From: an uncultured Chthonomonadaceae bacterium
GTDB lineage: Bacteria > Armatimonadota > Chthonomonadetes > Chthonomonadales > CAJBBX01
Assembly (NCBI GenBank): GCA_964519955.1
Contig: CAZFLM010000002.1
Coordinates: forward strand, 8,822 to 72,821
DNA length: 64,000 bases
Direction: 5' to 3'
This document shows, piece by piece, positions 7,882 through 16,057 of the stretch. The stretch's first letter is position 1. Every line of letters starts with the position of its first letter. Made by a program: the position numbers and the translations under genes. The notes under the pieces were generated by a model, which had not been told where the DNA came from, made no database searches, and worked only from the letters and a program-made list of their open reading frames with translations.

Positions 7882-10554
7882 CTACGCGTCCCTGAGCGTC
7901 GCGTATCCGGACACCGTCACGTCGATGTAGCCGTACTGGCCAGGATCGTGCCGGAAGCCGTTCTCCGGGTCCTTCTCCAACCTGGCTGTCGCCTCGAAGG
8001 TGATCCGGTTGCCGGCGACGGCCGTGATGTTGATGGAGCCGCTGATGGCGACGAACACGAACCGCCAGGTGTTGCCGTTCAGCGTGTACGGCACGTACAG
8101 GTTCAGGCTACCGGCGTACCCGGTGGGCGCCGCATCAACGGTGACGCCCGCGCTGATGGAAGGCACGTGGCCGTGCCAGAGGAACGCGCTGTTCCGGACG
8201 CCGGCCTCGGCGAAGCCGGAGTTGATGAACTGGCCCAGCGACGAGGGCGTCTTGGTTGCGCTCGACAGAGTGTAGTGGCGCTCGCCGAGGGCGACCAGAC
8301 TCGCCCAGTCGGTGCCTCCGCCATCCCACTTGCCGTCCACTGCATCCAGGATCTGGACGGTCACCTCGCCGCCGGTCTCGATGATGGTGATCGTGACCGA
8401 GCCGGTCGTAAGGACGGCGCCGCTCGCGTTCTTCACGGTCACCGCGAGTGTGTCGACGCCCAAGCTGGCCCCGGCGACGTAGGCGACCGTCCCGGAGGTT
8501 GTCGCGGCGGACGCGCCTCCGTTGATGGTGCCGTGCCCACCCGAGAGGGTCCACTCGAAGGTGAGCGTGCCCGTGAGGGCATCGGAGACGTTGGCCGTGA
8601 ACGTCTGCGTGGCGCCCGGCAGCAGGCCCGGGGTGGCCGGTGTGATCGGCGTCTTGTACGTGACGACCGACGTGGCGGTACCGAGGGCAACGCGGCTGTT
8701 GTACGGCCCCTTGTAGATGTCCACCTGCACGATCTCGGTATCGCCGCCCTTCGCCTTCCCGTTCGGCGCATAGGCGAGAACCTTGGAGTTGGACGCGAAG
8801 CTCGTGCCGTCGGTGGTGTTCGTCTTGGTGCCGTCGGAGATGTCGCCGAACTTGCACTTGCACGTCCACTGGTAGTTGAGCAGCGTGTCCGACGACAGGT
8901 CCGCGTTCGTGACGACCGCCGTGAAGTTCGTGGCGGCCTGAGCAGCCTCGCTCCATGCGCTCACCGGGTTGAGCTTGGCGATGGCGTTCGTCACCTCGAG
9001 GGTAAACACGTCGGCGAGGTCGCACTGGCCCAGCTCCAGGCCCGTGGCGATCAGGTCGAACGCCTGCATGCCGATGTTCACGTTGCCGATGTAGCTGAAC
9101 AGCTTGGCCCCCGCGGCCGCCATCTCCTTGGCCCGCTCGTCGACCGAGATGATGGGACCGTTCAGGCCGAACGGCGCGTCCTCCCCGTTGAACAGGCTCA
9201 GGAAGTCGCCGACGCCCTGCAGGAAGACGTTCTTCAGGGTGTCGGTCTTCACCACCATCAGCACGACATCCCAGAGCGCGTCCGAGACCTTGCCGGCCTC
9301 CAGCTTGCTCCGGATCGTGGCCGAAGTGGAGACGGCGTTGAGGATGTCCTTGAACGCACCGGATGTGCCCGCGAAGCCGATGAAGCCGTCGATGCCCGAC
9401 TTCTCCCACTGGCCGTTCTTGTACTTGAGGCCGCCCTTGAAGACCGGCAGAACGACGCCTGCCAGTACCGGCAGCACGATGTCGTACAGGAGCGACTCGC
9501 AGGCAACGGTCCAGCAGCCGTCCTTCTGCACGGTGGTGAGACTCGCGTAGTCGCCCGTGGAGACGCCGAGCCCGACCGCCGTGGCCGTGTAGGTGGTGGA
9601 GGCGGCGTTCTTGGGGTCGACCGGTATCTTGATCTTGTCGCTCACGACCGGCTCGTAGAAATCCTTCTGACCTCCAATCAGTTGGCCGAGGTTGGCGAGC
9701 AGGTTGCTGACCCCCTTGACCGCCGCGATCTTGATGGGCTGCGGCAGGATGACGCCCGGGTAGCTCACCACCTCGCCGGTGCTCTTGACCTTGTACGACA
9801 CGCGGTCGACATACACGTACGCGCGGCGCCGGTAGTAGTTCGTGATGGTCATGGCGCCTGCGCCGTCGGCATCCACCTGCAGGCCGCTGACACGGTCGGT
9901 CTTGTCGAGGATCACGCCGCGGGTGGCGCCCAGCACCGTTGGCGACAACTCGCTCTGGATCGCGGCGAGCGCCGCCTGCAGCGCCGCGTCGCTCGCGTCC
10001 AGCCACCCGGCACCCCGCGCCACGATCCCCGCGGCCACCGCACTGGTCAGGCCGGCCAGGCTGGCGGCGCTCCGGATGGCGGCCAGGTAGAGAGGCTGCA
10101 CCTCCTCCGGATAGGCGCTCACGCCCAAGGCCTGGTAGGCGAGCACGACCGCCGAAGAGGCAGCGGACAGCTCCCGGTTGTCCTGGTCGAGGAAGCCGTA
10201 CAGAACGGCGTCCCCCGACGCGTCCAGCCCCACGACGGGCAGGAACACCTCGGCCGCCGCGGCCAGCACGAAGGAGCCACCGGAGGCCGGCGTGCTCGCG
10301 CCGCAGTAGCTGACCACCCGCGTCACCTGGACGGTGGCGCCCGACGGCAGAACCACGGTGCCGTTGGCAGCGGTCAGCGTGAACGCACCACCGCGCTTGC
10401 TTCCGAGCCCGCCCCCGCACCCAGCGAGGATGGCGATACCTGGTACGGCTAGACCGGCCAGCACGAACTGACGCCGCGTGATGTCATGCGGCGTCGCGGG
10501 AGTACCTTGCGGACTGCGCTGCTGTCGAACGGGGTGAAGCCTCGACTTGCCCAT
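7882..10554 (-). CDS. Large Tat-signal lipoprotein of unknown function with C-terminal Ig-like beta-sandwich region
   Basis: ORF 7882..10830 trimmed to ATG 10554, which has a purine-rich AGAGGAGAGG just upstream. MGKSRLHPV...DITRRQFVLAGLAVPGIAILAGCGGG shows a twin-arginine motif plus a lipobox (LAGC). No catalytic motif recognised. Confidence 0.8.
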   Translation of the reverse strand: MGKSRLHPVRQQRSPQGTPATPHDITRRQFVLAGLAVPGIAILAGCGGGLGSKRGGAFTLTAANGTVVLPSGATVQVTRVVSYCGASTPASGGSFVLAAAAEVFLPVVGLDASGDAVLYGFLDQDNRELSAASSAVVLAYQALGVSAYPEEVQPLYLAAIRSAASLAGLTSAVAAGIVARGAGWLDASDAALQAALAAIQSELSPTVLGATRGVILDKTDRVSGLQVDADGAGAMTITNYYRRRAYVYVDRVSYKVKSTGEVVSYPGVILPQPIKIAAVKGVSNLLANLGQLIGGQKDFYEPVVSDKIKIPVDPKNAASTTYTATAVGLGVSTGDYASLTTVQKDGCWTVACESLLYDIVLPVLAGVVLPVFKGGLKYKNGQWEKSGIDGFIGFAGTSGAFKDILNAVSTSATIRSKLEAGKVSDALWDVVLMVVKTDTLKNVFLQGVGDFLSLFNGEDAPFGLNGPIISVDERAKEMAAAGAKLFSYIGNVNIGMQAFDLIATGLELGQCDLADVFTLEVTNAIAKLNPVSAWSEAAQAATNFTAVVTNADLSSDTLLNYQWTCKCKFGDISDGTKTNTTDGTSFASNSKVLAYAPNGKAKGGDTEIVQVDIYKGPYNSRVALGTATSVVTYKTPITPATPGLLPGATQTFTANVSDALTGTLTFEWTLSGGHGTINGGASAATTSGTVAYVAGASLGVDTLAVTVKNASGAVLTTGSVTITIIETGGEVTVQILDAVDGKWDGGGTDWASLVALGERHYTLSSATKTPSSLGQFINSGFAEAGVRNSAFLWHGHVPSISAGVTVDAAPTGYAGSLNLYVPYTLNGNTWRFVFVAISGSINITAVAGNRITFEATARLEKDPENGFRHDPGQYGYIDVTVSGYATLRDA

Positions 10555-10689
10555 GTCCTCTCCTCTGCGCCAAATGGTTGAACGCCCGCAACGGCCGATT
10601 GCACGAATCGTGCCATTTCGCCAGAATTGCCACGCTTGGCCCCTGCAGTTGGCTCTGTACTGCGAGTGCGACGGTCTACCGCCCCCGCG

Positions 10690-10718
10690 TTGACGCCCTT
10701 CCCTCCGGAGTCTATAAT
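10690..10718 (+). promoter_or_regulatory. Putative sigma70-type promoter of purB
   Basis: TTGACG (10690-10695), 17 nt, TATAAT (10713-10718). This implies a 5' UTR of roughly 100 nt. Confidence 0.55.
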
Positions 10719-10754
10719 GCCCCGTGCACGCGTCCCGGGCGACCAGACCTGGTA

Positions 10755-10776
10755 GGACGGGCGTCCCTGCCCGTCC
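10755..10776. repeat. REP-like 22-nt palindromic element (GGACGGGC-GTCCCT-GCCCGTCC)
   Basis: 8-bp GC arms around a 6-nt loop. It is the exact reverse complement of the 22-mer at 13837-13858 and lies inside the predicted purB 5' UTR. Confidence 0.8.
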
Positions 10777-10828
10777 GGTAGTCCCCGCTCGTCCCGCGTG
10801 CGACCTCGTTACGCGAAGGCACACCACC

Positions 10829-12118
10829 ATGATCGATCGATATGCAACGCCCGAGATGCGGCGACTCTGGGACCTGCGGAACCGAACCCAGCGCTGGCTG
10901 GACGTCGAGATAGCCGTCTGCGAGGGGCTGGAGCACTACGCCATCATCCCCGCGGGCACCACCGAAGCCGTGCGCAAGGGCGCCAAGTTCGACCTCGATC
11001 GGATGGCCGAGCTGGAGAAGGAAACGCGCCACGACGTCATGGCCTTCGTCAAGAACGTGCAGGAGAACCTGGGCGAGGAGGGCCGCTTCGTCCACTACGG
11101 CATCACCTCGTACGACGTGGTGGATACCGCCCTCTGCCTGCTGCTGCGCGAGGCGTGCGACCAGCTCATCGCGCGCGCGAAGGGGCTGGCCGAGGTCATC
11201 CGCCGCCGCGCCCGCGAGCACCGCGACACCGTGCAGATCGGCCGCACGCACGGCATCCACGCGGAGCCCATCACCTTCGGCTTCAAGCTGGCGGGCTGGC
11301 TCGACGAGATGCACCGCAACATCGAGCGGCTGGAGGCGGCGCGCAAGGCCGTGTCGGTGGGCAAGATATCCGGCGCGGTGGGCGTGCACGCCAACATCGA
11401 CCCGCGCGTGGAGGACTACGTCTGCGCCAAGCTCGGCATCGAACCCGCCGCCGCGTCCACCCAGATCATCGCGCGCGACCGCCACGCCCAGCTCGTCACC
11501 ACGCTCGCCATCCTCGCCGGGTCGCTGGAGCGCTTCGCCACGGAAGTGCGCAACATGCAGCGCACGGAGATCCTGGAGGTGCAGGAGTACTTCGCGCAGG
11601 GCCAGAAGGGCTCGTCGGCCATGCCGCACAAGCGCAACCCCTGGAACTGCGAGACCGTCTGCGGCCTCTCCCGCATCGTGCGCGGCAACACCGTCGCCAT
11701 GCTCGAGTCGATCATGACCTGGCACGAGCGCGACCTCTCCAACTCCTCCACCGAGCGCATCGTCTTCCCGGACACCTGCACGCTGGTCGACTGGATGATG
11801 TGGAAGTTCACGGACATCCTCGACCGCCTGATCGTCTATCCGGACAACATGCGCAAGAACCTGGAGAAGATGGGCGGCCTCGTCTGCTCCGAGCAGATCA
11901 TGCTCGTGCTGGTGGCTGCCGGCCTCTCCCGCGAGCAGGCGTACACGGTCGTCCAGTCGAACGCGGCCAAGGCCTGGGCCGGCGAGGACTTCCGCCGCTG
12001 CATCGAGACCGACCCCACGGTGAAAGAGCGCCTCACGCAGCAGCAGGTCGCCGAGTGCTTCGACATCAAGCACCACCTGCAGCACGTCGGCCACACGTTC
12101 GAGCGCGTCGGGGTGTAG
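10829..12118 (+). CDS. purB: Adenylosuccinate lyase
   Basis: MIDRYATPEMRRLWD...GSSAMPHKRNPW (fumarate-lyase signature). Start trimmed from 10724 to ATG 10829. Confidence 0.95.
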   Translation: MIDRYATPEMRRLWDLRNRTQRWLDVEIAVCEGLEHYAIIPAGTTEAVRKGAKFDLDRMAELEKETRHDVMAFVKNVQENLGEEGRFVHYGITSYDVVDTALCLLLREACDQLIARAKGLAEVIRRRAREHRDTVQIGRTHGIHAEPITFGFKLAGWLDEMHRNIERLEAARKAVSVGKISGAVGVHANIDPRVEDYVCAKLGIEPAAASTQIIARDRHAQLVTTLAILAGSLERFATEVRNMQRTEILEVQEYFAQGQKGSSAMPHKRNPWNCETVCGLSRIVRGNTVAMLESIMTWHERDLSNSSTERIVFPDTCTLVDWMMWKFTDILDRLIVYPDNMRKNLEKMGGLVCSEQIMLVLVAAGLSREQAYTVVQSNAAKAWAGEDFRRCIETDPTVKERLTQQQVAECFDIKHHLQHVGHTFERVGV

Positions 12119-12122
12119 TCTC

Positions 12123-12181
12123 TGGGACTTGGGACTTGGGGGCTGGGGCCGGGTGTCGGGGGTCGGGGGCTGGGGGCTGGC
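12123..12181 (+). repeat. G-run tract directly after the purB stop (GGGACTTGGGACTTGGGGGCTGGGGCCGGGTGTCGGGGGTCGGGGGCTGGGGGCTGG)
   Basis: At least 8 runs of 3-5 G on the transcribed strand, with no complementary C-rich arm nearby. Related motifs occur 3' of other genes (23165-23206, 41050-41132, 46740-46969, 49032-49093). Confidence 0.8.
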
Positions 12182-12328
12182 CCGCCGGTTCCGAGGCGCG
12201 ACAGTGATGGAGCGCGTGGGCATGGCATCGCCCATCCGTCTGCGTCCATCTGCGTGCATCTGCGGTTGCATCCCGTCGTGATCTGTGCGCATCGGTGTTC
12301 ATCTGTGGTTGCGGTTCTGGGGAGCGCC

Positions 12329-12907
12329 ATGAGCGACAACCTGTTCGAGGGCAAGCTGGTCCGTCTGCGCGCCTACGAGCCGGGCGACGTGGACCTGATG
12401 TGCCGCCACCTGAAGGACACCGAGATCAGCCGGCGCGATGGCGACATCCTGTGGCCGTTCTCCCGCGCGCAGGTGGCGCAGCACGCCGACGAGATGGGCA
12501 AGATGGCGCCGGAGCACGACAACAAGAGCCTGGCGATCGAAACGCTGGACGGCCGGCTCATCGGAGGCCTATCCGTCTTCGAGACCGCTCGCAAGCACGG
12601 GACCTTCCACATCGGCATCGGGCTGGCGGACCGCGCGGAGTGGGGCAAAGGCTTCGCCAAGGATGCCATGCTCCTGATGATGCGGTACATGTTCCACGAG
12701 CTGCGCTACCAGAAGTGCGACCTCGGCGTCTATGCGTTCAACGAGCGCGCGCTCGGGCTGTACCAGCGCCTGGGCTTCACGACCGAGGGCCGCAAGCGCC
12801 GCGCGATCTACACCGCCGGCGAGTACCACGACGAGGTGCTGATGGGCATGACGCGCGAGGAGTTCGACGCACAGTGGCCCGAGTGGCGGGTCGCGCTGTC
12901 GGACTGA
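12329..12907 (+). CDS. GNAT family N-acetyltransferase (RimJ/RimL-like)
   Basis: MSDNLFEGKLVRLRAYEPGDVD...NERALGLYQRLGFTTEG is a typical GNAT core. Start trimmed to ATG 12329. Confidence 0.85.
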   Translation: MSDNLFEGKLVRLRAYEPGDVDLMCRHLKDTEISRRDGDILWPFSRAQVAQHADEMGKMAPEHDNKSLAIETLDGRLIGGLSVFETARKHGTFHIGIGLADRAEWGKGFAKDAMLLMMRYMFHELRYQKCDLGVYAFNERALGLYQRLGFTTEGRKRRAIYTAGEYHDEVLMGMTREEFDAQWPEWRVALSD

Positions 12908-12931
12908 CGCGCAGAGGGGAGTCCGCCGCCG

Positions 12932-13807
12932 ATGACCACCGCATGCTGCACGTTGGCCCTGCTCGGGCTCCTCGCCGCGATGGGCGCGGCGGCCCAGGAT
13001 GCCCCGAAACCCGAGTGGATCGACTACAAGCCCGACATCCCCCCGCTGCCCAAGCGCTGGAACGCTCGCTGCCCGCTGACCGACCAGAAGAACGCGGGGG
13101 GCTGGGTGCGCTACGAGCCGATGACCGACGAGTTCAAGGGCACGAAGCTCGACGACGCCAAGTGGTTCGACCACAACCCGACGTGGAAGGGCAGGCAGCC
13201 GGGCTGGTTCGCGCCCAGCAACGTCACGGTCGCCGGCGGCATGATGCACCTCGCCATGCGCAAGGAAGAGCCCCCCGCGGAAGCCACCGGCGAGGGATAC
13301 AAGACCTACACCTCGGCCGCGGTGCAGAGCAAGGGCACGGTGCTCTATGGCTACTTCGAGGTTCGCGCCCGGGCGATGAAGTCGGCGGGCTCCAGCTCGT
13401 TCTGGTTCTACAAGGCCGATCCGGAGATCTGGACCGAGATCGACGTGTTCGAGATCGGCGGGCGCGCGCCGGGCTTCGAGCGCAAGCTCAACATGACGGT
13501 GCACGTCATGCACACGCCCACCGAGAAGAAGCACCTGAGCTGGGGCGGCGCGTTCATCACCCCGGGCAACCTGGCAGACGACTTCCACGTGTACGGGCTG
13601 GAGTGGGACCAGGGCGAGATCAAGTTCTACTTCGACGGCGTGCTCGTCCGCAAGGGGCGCAACACGCACTGGATCAAGCCGCTCACGCTCAACTTCGACA
13701 GCGAGACGATGCCCGAGTGGTTCGGCCTGCCGAAGGACGAGGACCTGCCCTCCGTCTACGACGTGGACTACGTGCGCGCCTGGCAGAAGAAGGAACCCGC
13801 GAAGTGA
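12932..13807 (+). CDS. Secreted GH16 family glycoside hydrolase
   Basis: Signal peptide, catalytic EIDVFE (ExDxxE) motif and a beta-jelly-roll-like sequence (YGYFEVRARAM, FHVYGLEW). Confidence 0.85.
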   Translation: MTTACCTLALLGLLAAMGAAAQDAPKPEWIDYKPDIPPLPKRWNARCPLTDQKNAGGWVRYEPMTDEFKGTKLDDAKWFDHNPTWKGRQPGWFAPSNVTVAGGMMHLAMRKEEPPAEATGEGYKTYTSAAVQSKGTVLYGYFEVRARAMKSAGSSSFWFYKADPEIWTEIDVFEIGGRAPGFERKLNMTVHVMHTPTEKKHLSWGGAFITPGNLADDFHVYGLEWDQGEIKFYFDGVLVRKGRNTHWIKPLTLNFDSETMPEWFGLPKDEDLPSVYDVDYVRAWQKKEPAK

Positions 13808-13836
13808 CGGACAAGGAAGCCCCTCCAGCTCGCCAC

Positions 13837-13993
13837 GGACGGGCAGGGACGCCCGTCCCACCACTGCTCTGCATGCAGCACGATGCCCAGGCAAGTCGGA
13901 CGTCCCTGCCCGCCCGGAACAACGCAGAGGTGGGGCGGGCGGCCCTGCCTGCCCAGAACAGCGCCGAGGTGGGGCGGGCGTCCCTGCCCGCCC
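13837..13993. repeat. Cluster of four REP-like palindromic elements
   Basis: GGACGGGC-AGGGAC-GCCCGTCC at 13837-13858. A half copy at about 13897-13916. GGGCGGGC-GGCCCT-GCCTGCCC at 13933-13954. GGGCGGGC-GTCCCT-GCCCGCCC at 13972-13993. The last three share flanks (gaGGTG...GGwACAACGC) at a period of about 39 nt. Confidence 0.85.
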
Positions 13994-14015
13994 GGTACAA
14001 CGCTGGAGGCCCGCA

Positions 14016-15818
14016 ATGACGCCCGCCTCTCCCGGCCCGAAGCCGCGAGACCGCGAGACCCGCTGGGCGTTCGGTGTCGCCATCGCGGTGATGGCCGTCA
14101 CCATGCTGCCGTACCTGTTCGGCGCGATGCTGATCGGTGCGGCGCCCGCCCGAGGCTGGTTCTCCTGGCTGGGCTACAACCTCGACGATAGCTGCGTGTA
14201 CCTTGCCTGGATGCGGCAGGCGGCGGACGGCTCCTTCTTCCAGCGCAACCTCTTCACCACCGATCCACAGCTCGGCCACCAGTTCAGTCTCTTCTTTCTA
14301 CTGCTCGGAAATGTCGCCAGGTTCGCGCATTTGCCCCTGCTTCTCGTCTACCAAGTAGCGCGCCTCCTGTTGGGCGTCGCTTTTCTGCGCGCGGTCTGGT
14401 GGCTCATCCGCATGTTGGTCGCCGAGGGCAGGGCCAGGCGAGCCGCGTTCCTGCTGGTGTGCCTCTCGGCGGGCCTCGGCTGGCTGCCCGGCCAGTGGCG
14501 GCACAGCGGCCTGAACTCGCCGGTCGATGTCTGGCAGCCCGAGTCGATCACGTTCCTGTGCCTCTACCAGAGCCCGCTGTTCCTGGTCTCGCTGCTCCTG
14601 ATGGTGGGCGTGCTGGGCTGGCTGCTGGTGGCGGAACGTACCGGGAGTTGGCGGGCGGCGCTCGCGGCGGGGTGCTGCGGCCTCCTGCTGGGTAACATCC
14701 ACACGTACGACGTCATCACGGTCGGCGCGGTGTGGGCAGGCTACCTGGTGGTTCGGGCGATCCTGCGGCGCCGGGTCGATGCGGCCGGCCTGGGGCGTGC
14801 CGTGCTGGTGGGCGCGCTCACCGCCGTCAGCTCGGGCTACATGTTCTATCTGGTGAAGACAGAGGCGGTCTTCGCAAAGCGCATGGCGGTCGAGACGCTG
14901 TCGCCGCCGTTCATGCTGTACGTGCTGGGCTACGGCCTGCTGCCCCTGCTTGCAGCCGTGGCCGCGGCGACGAAGGGCGGCAGGTCGGCGATCGGCGCCC
15001 CCCGGGCACCTATGCTGGGGGAGCCTGGGTCTGCGCAGCCGGACGCGCCCGGCCCCACGGTGCAGGAGGAGTCTGGCCGTGCGTGGCGCGGCGTTGGGTC
15101 GGTCGCGTTCCCGGTGACGTGGGCCGTGGTGAACGTCGCGGTGGCGTATCTGCCGGTGCCGTATCAGCGCAAGATGCTGATGGGCGCGCACCTGCCGATC
15201 GCGATGCTGGCCGGCGTGGGGCTCTGGACGCTGCTCAGCAAGGCGCCGGAACGGGCTCGGGGCATCGCGCTGTGGGCTGCGGTCATCGTTCTGGGGCTCA
15301 CCAACGTGCGGTTCATGCTGCGCGACGCGGGCAACTTCCAGACGAACCGCGGCCAGTCGCACATCCAGCGGCCGTACATGTACTCCGGCGAGGTGGCAGC
15401 GCTGGAGTGGGTGCGCGAGCACACGGCGGCAGGTGTCGCGATTCAGCCGCTGCCGTGGATCGCGCTGAGCCCGGAGGGGCGGGTGGGCTTCGTCGACACG
15501 ACCGTCGCGTGCTTCACGCCGGGGCTCACGGGGCATCCGGTGAACGCGGGGCATTGGGGCGAGACGCCGGACTTCGCCGGCACGATGGGTTCCTGGGTAC
15601 GGTTCCTCTCCGGGCGCCGCAGCCCCGAGGAGCGGGCTGAGCAACTGCGGCAGAGCGGCGTGCGGTACGTCATCTTTACGCAGAAGCACGACGACGAGCT
15701 GACGCCCGAAACGCGGTCGGCGCTGGAGGAGTGGCTGGCCCAGGCGCCGCGGGGCCCGTTCCGCCTGGTGCCCGAGGCGTCGAACGCCGACGCCGACGTG
15801 TACGAGGTGACGGGGTAA
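14016..15818 (+). CDS. Polytopic membrane protein, GT-C-fold glycosyltransferase-like (function inferred)
   Basis: 600-aa ORF with GGAGG 7 nt upstream. It has many hydrophobic segments, an acidic loop motif YNLDDSCVY after the first TM and a soluble C-terminal domain. Confidence 0.7.
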   Translation: MTPASPGPKPRDRETRWAFGVAIAVMAVTMLPYLFGAMLIGAAPARGWFSWLGYNLDDSCVYLAWMRQAADGSFFQRNLFTTDPQLGHQFSLFFLLLGNVARFAHLPLLLVYQVARLLLGVAFLRAVWWLIRMLVAEGRARRAAFLLVCLSAGLGWLPGQWRHSGLNSPVDVWQPESITFLCLYQSPLFLVSLLLMVGVLGWLLVAERTGSWRAALAAGCCGLLLGNIHTYDVITVGAVWAGYLVVRAILRRRVDAAGLGRAVLVGALTAVSSGYMFYLVKTEAVFAKRMAVETLSPPFMLYVLGYGLLPLLAAVAAATKGGRSAIGAPRAPMLGEPGSAQPDAPGPTVQEESGRAWRGVGSVAFPVTWAVVNVAVAYLPVPYQRKMLMGAHLPIAMLAGVGLWTLLSKAPERARGIALWAAVIVLGLTNVRFMLRDAGNFQTNRGQSHIQRPYMYSGEVAALEWVREHTAAGVAIQPLPWIALSPEGRVGFVDTTVACFTPGLTGHPVNAGHWGETPDFAGTMGSWVRFLSGRRSPEERAEQLRQSGVRYVIFTQKHDDELTPETRSALEEWLAQAPRGPFRLVPEASNADADVYEVTG

Positions 15819-15843
15819 CCGAGTGCCCCGTGGCGCAGCACCA

Positions 15844-15863
15844 GGCGGGCAGGGACGCCCGCC
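15844..15863. repeat. REP-like palindromic element (GGCGGGC-AGGGAC-GCCCGCC)
   Basis: Same family as 13972-13993, in the opposite loop orientation. It lies 26 nt after the stop of the membrane-protein gene. Confidence 0.75.
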
Positions 15864-16057
15864 CCACCACAGCCCTTGTGCATCACCCAGGCGATGCGGC
15901 GTGTCGCGGCCCGCGAACCTGGCAGAAGTAGCGGATCGCGTCACACCCCGGCGCGCCGGGAACCGCCTCGAACAAGGGGCGCGTACTAATACTCCGAGCA
16001 ACCGAGGACGGCGTCACACCGTCCTATCAGACTAGCTTGAATGTGGAGGTTTGCACG

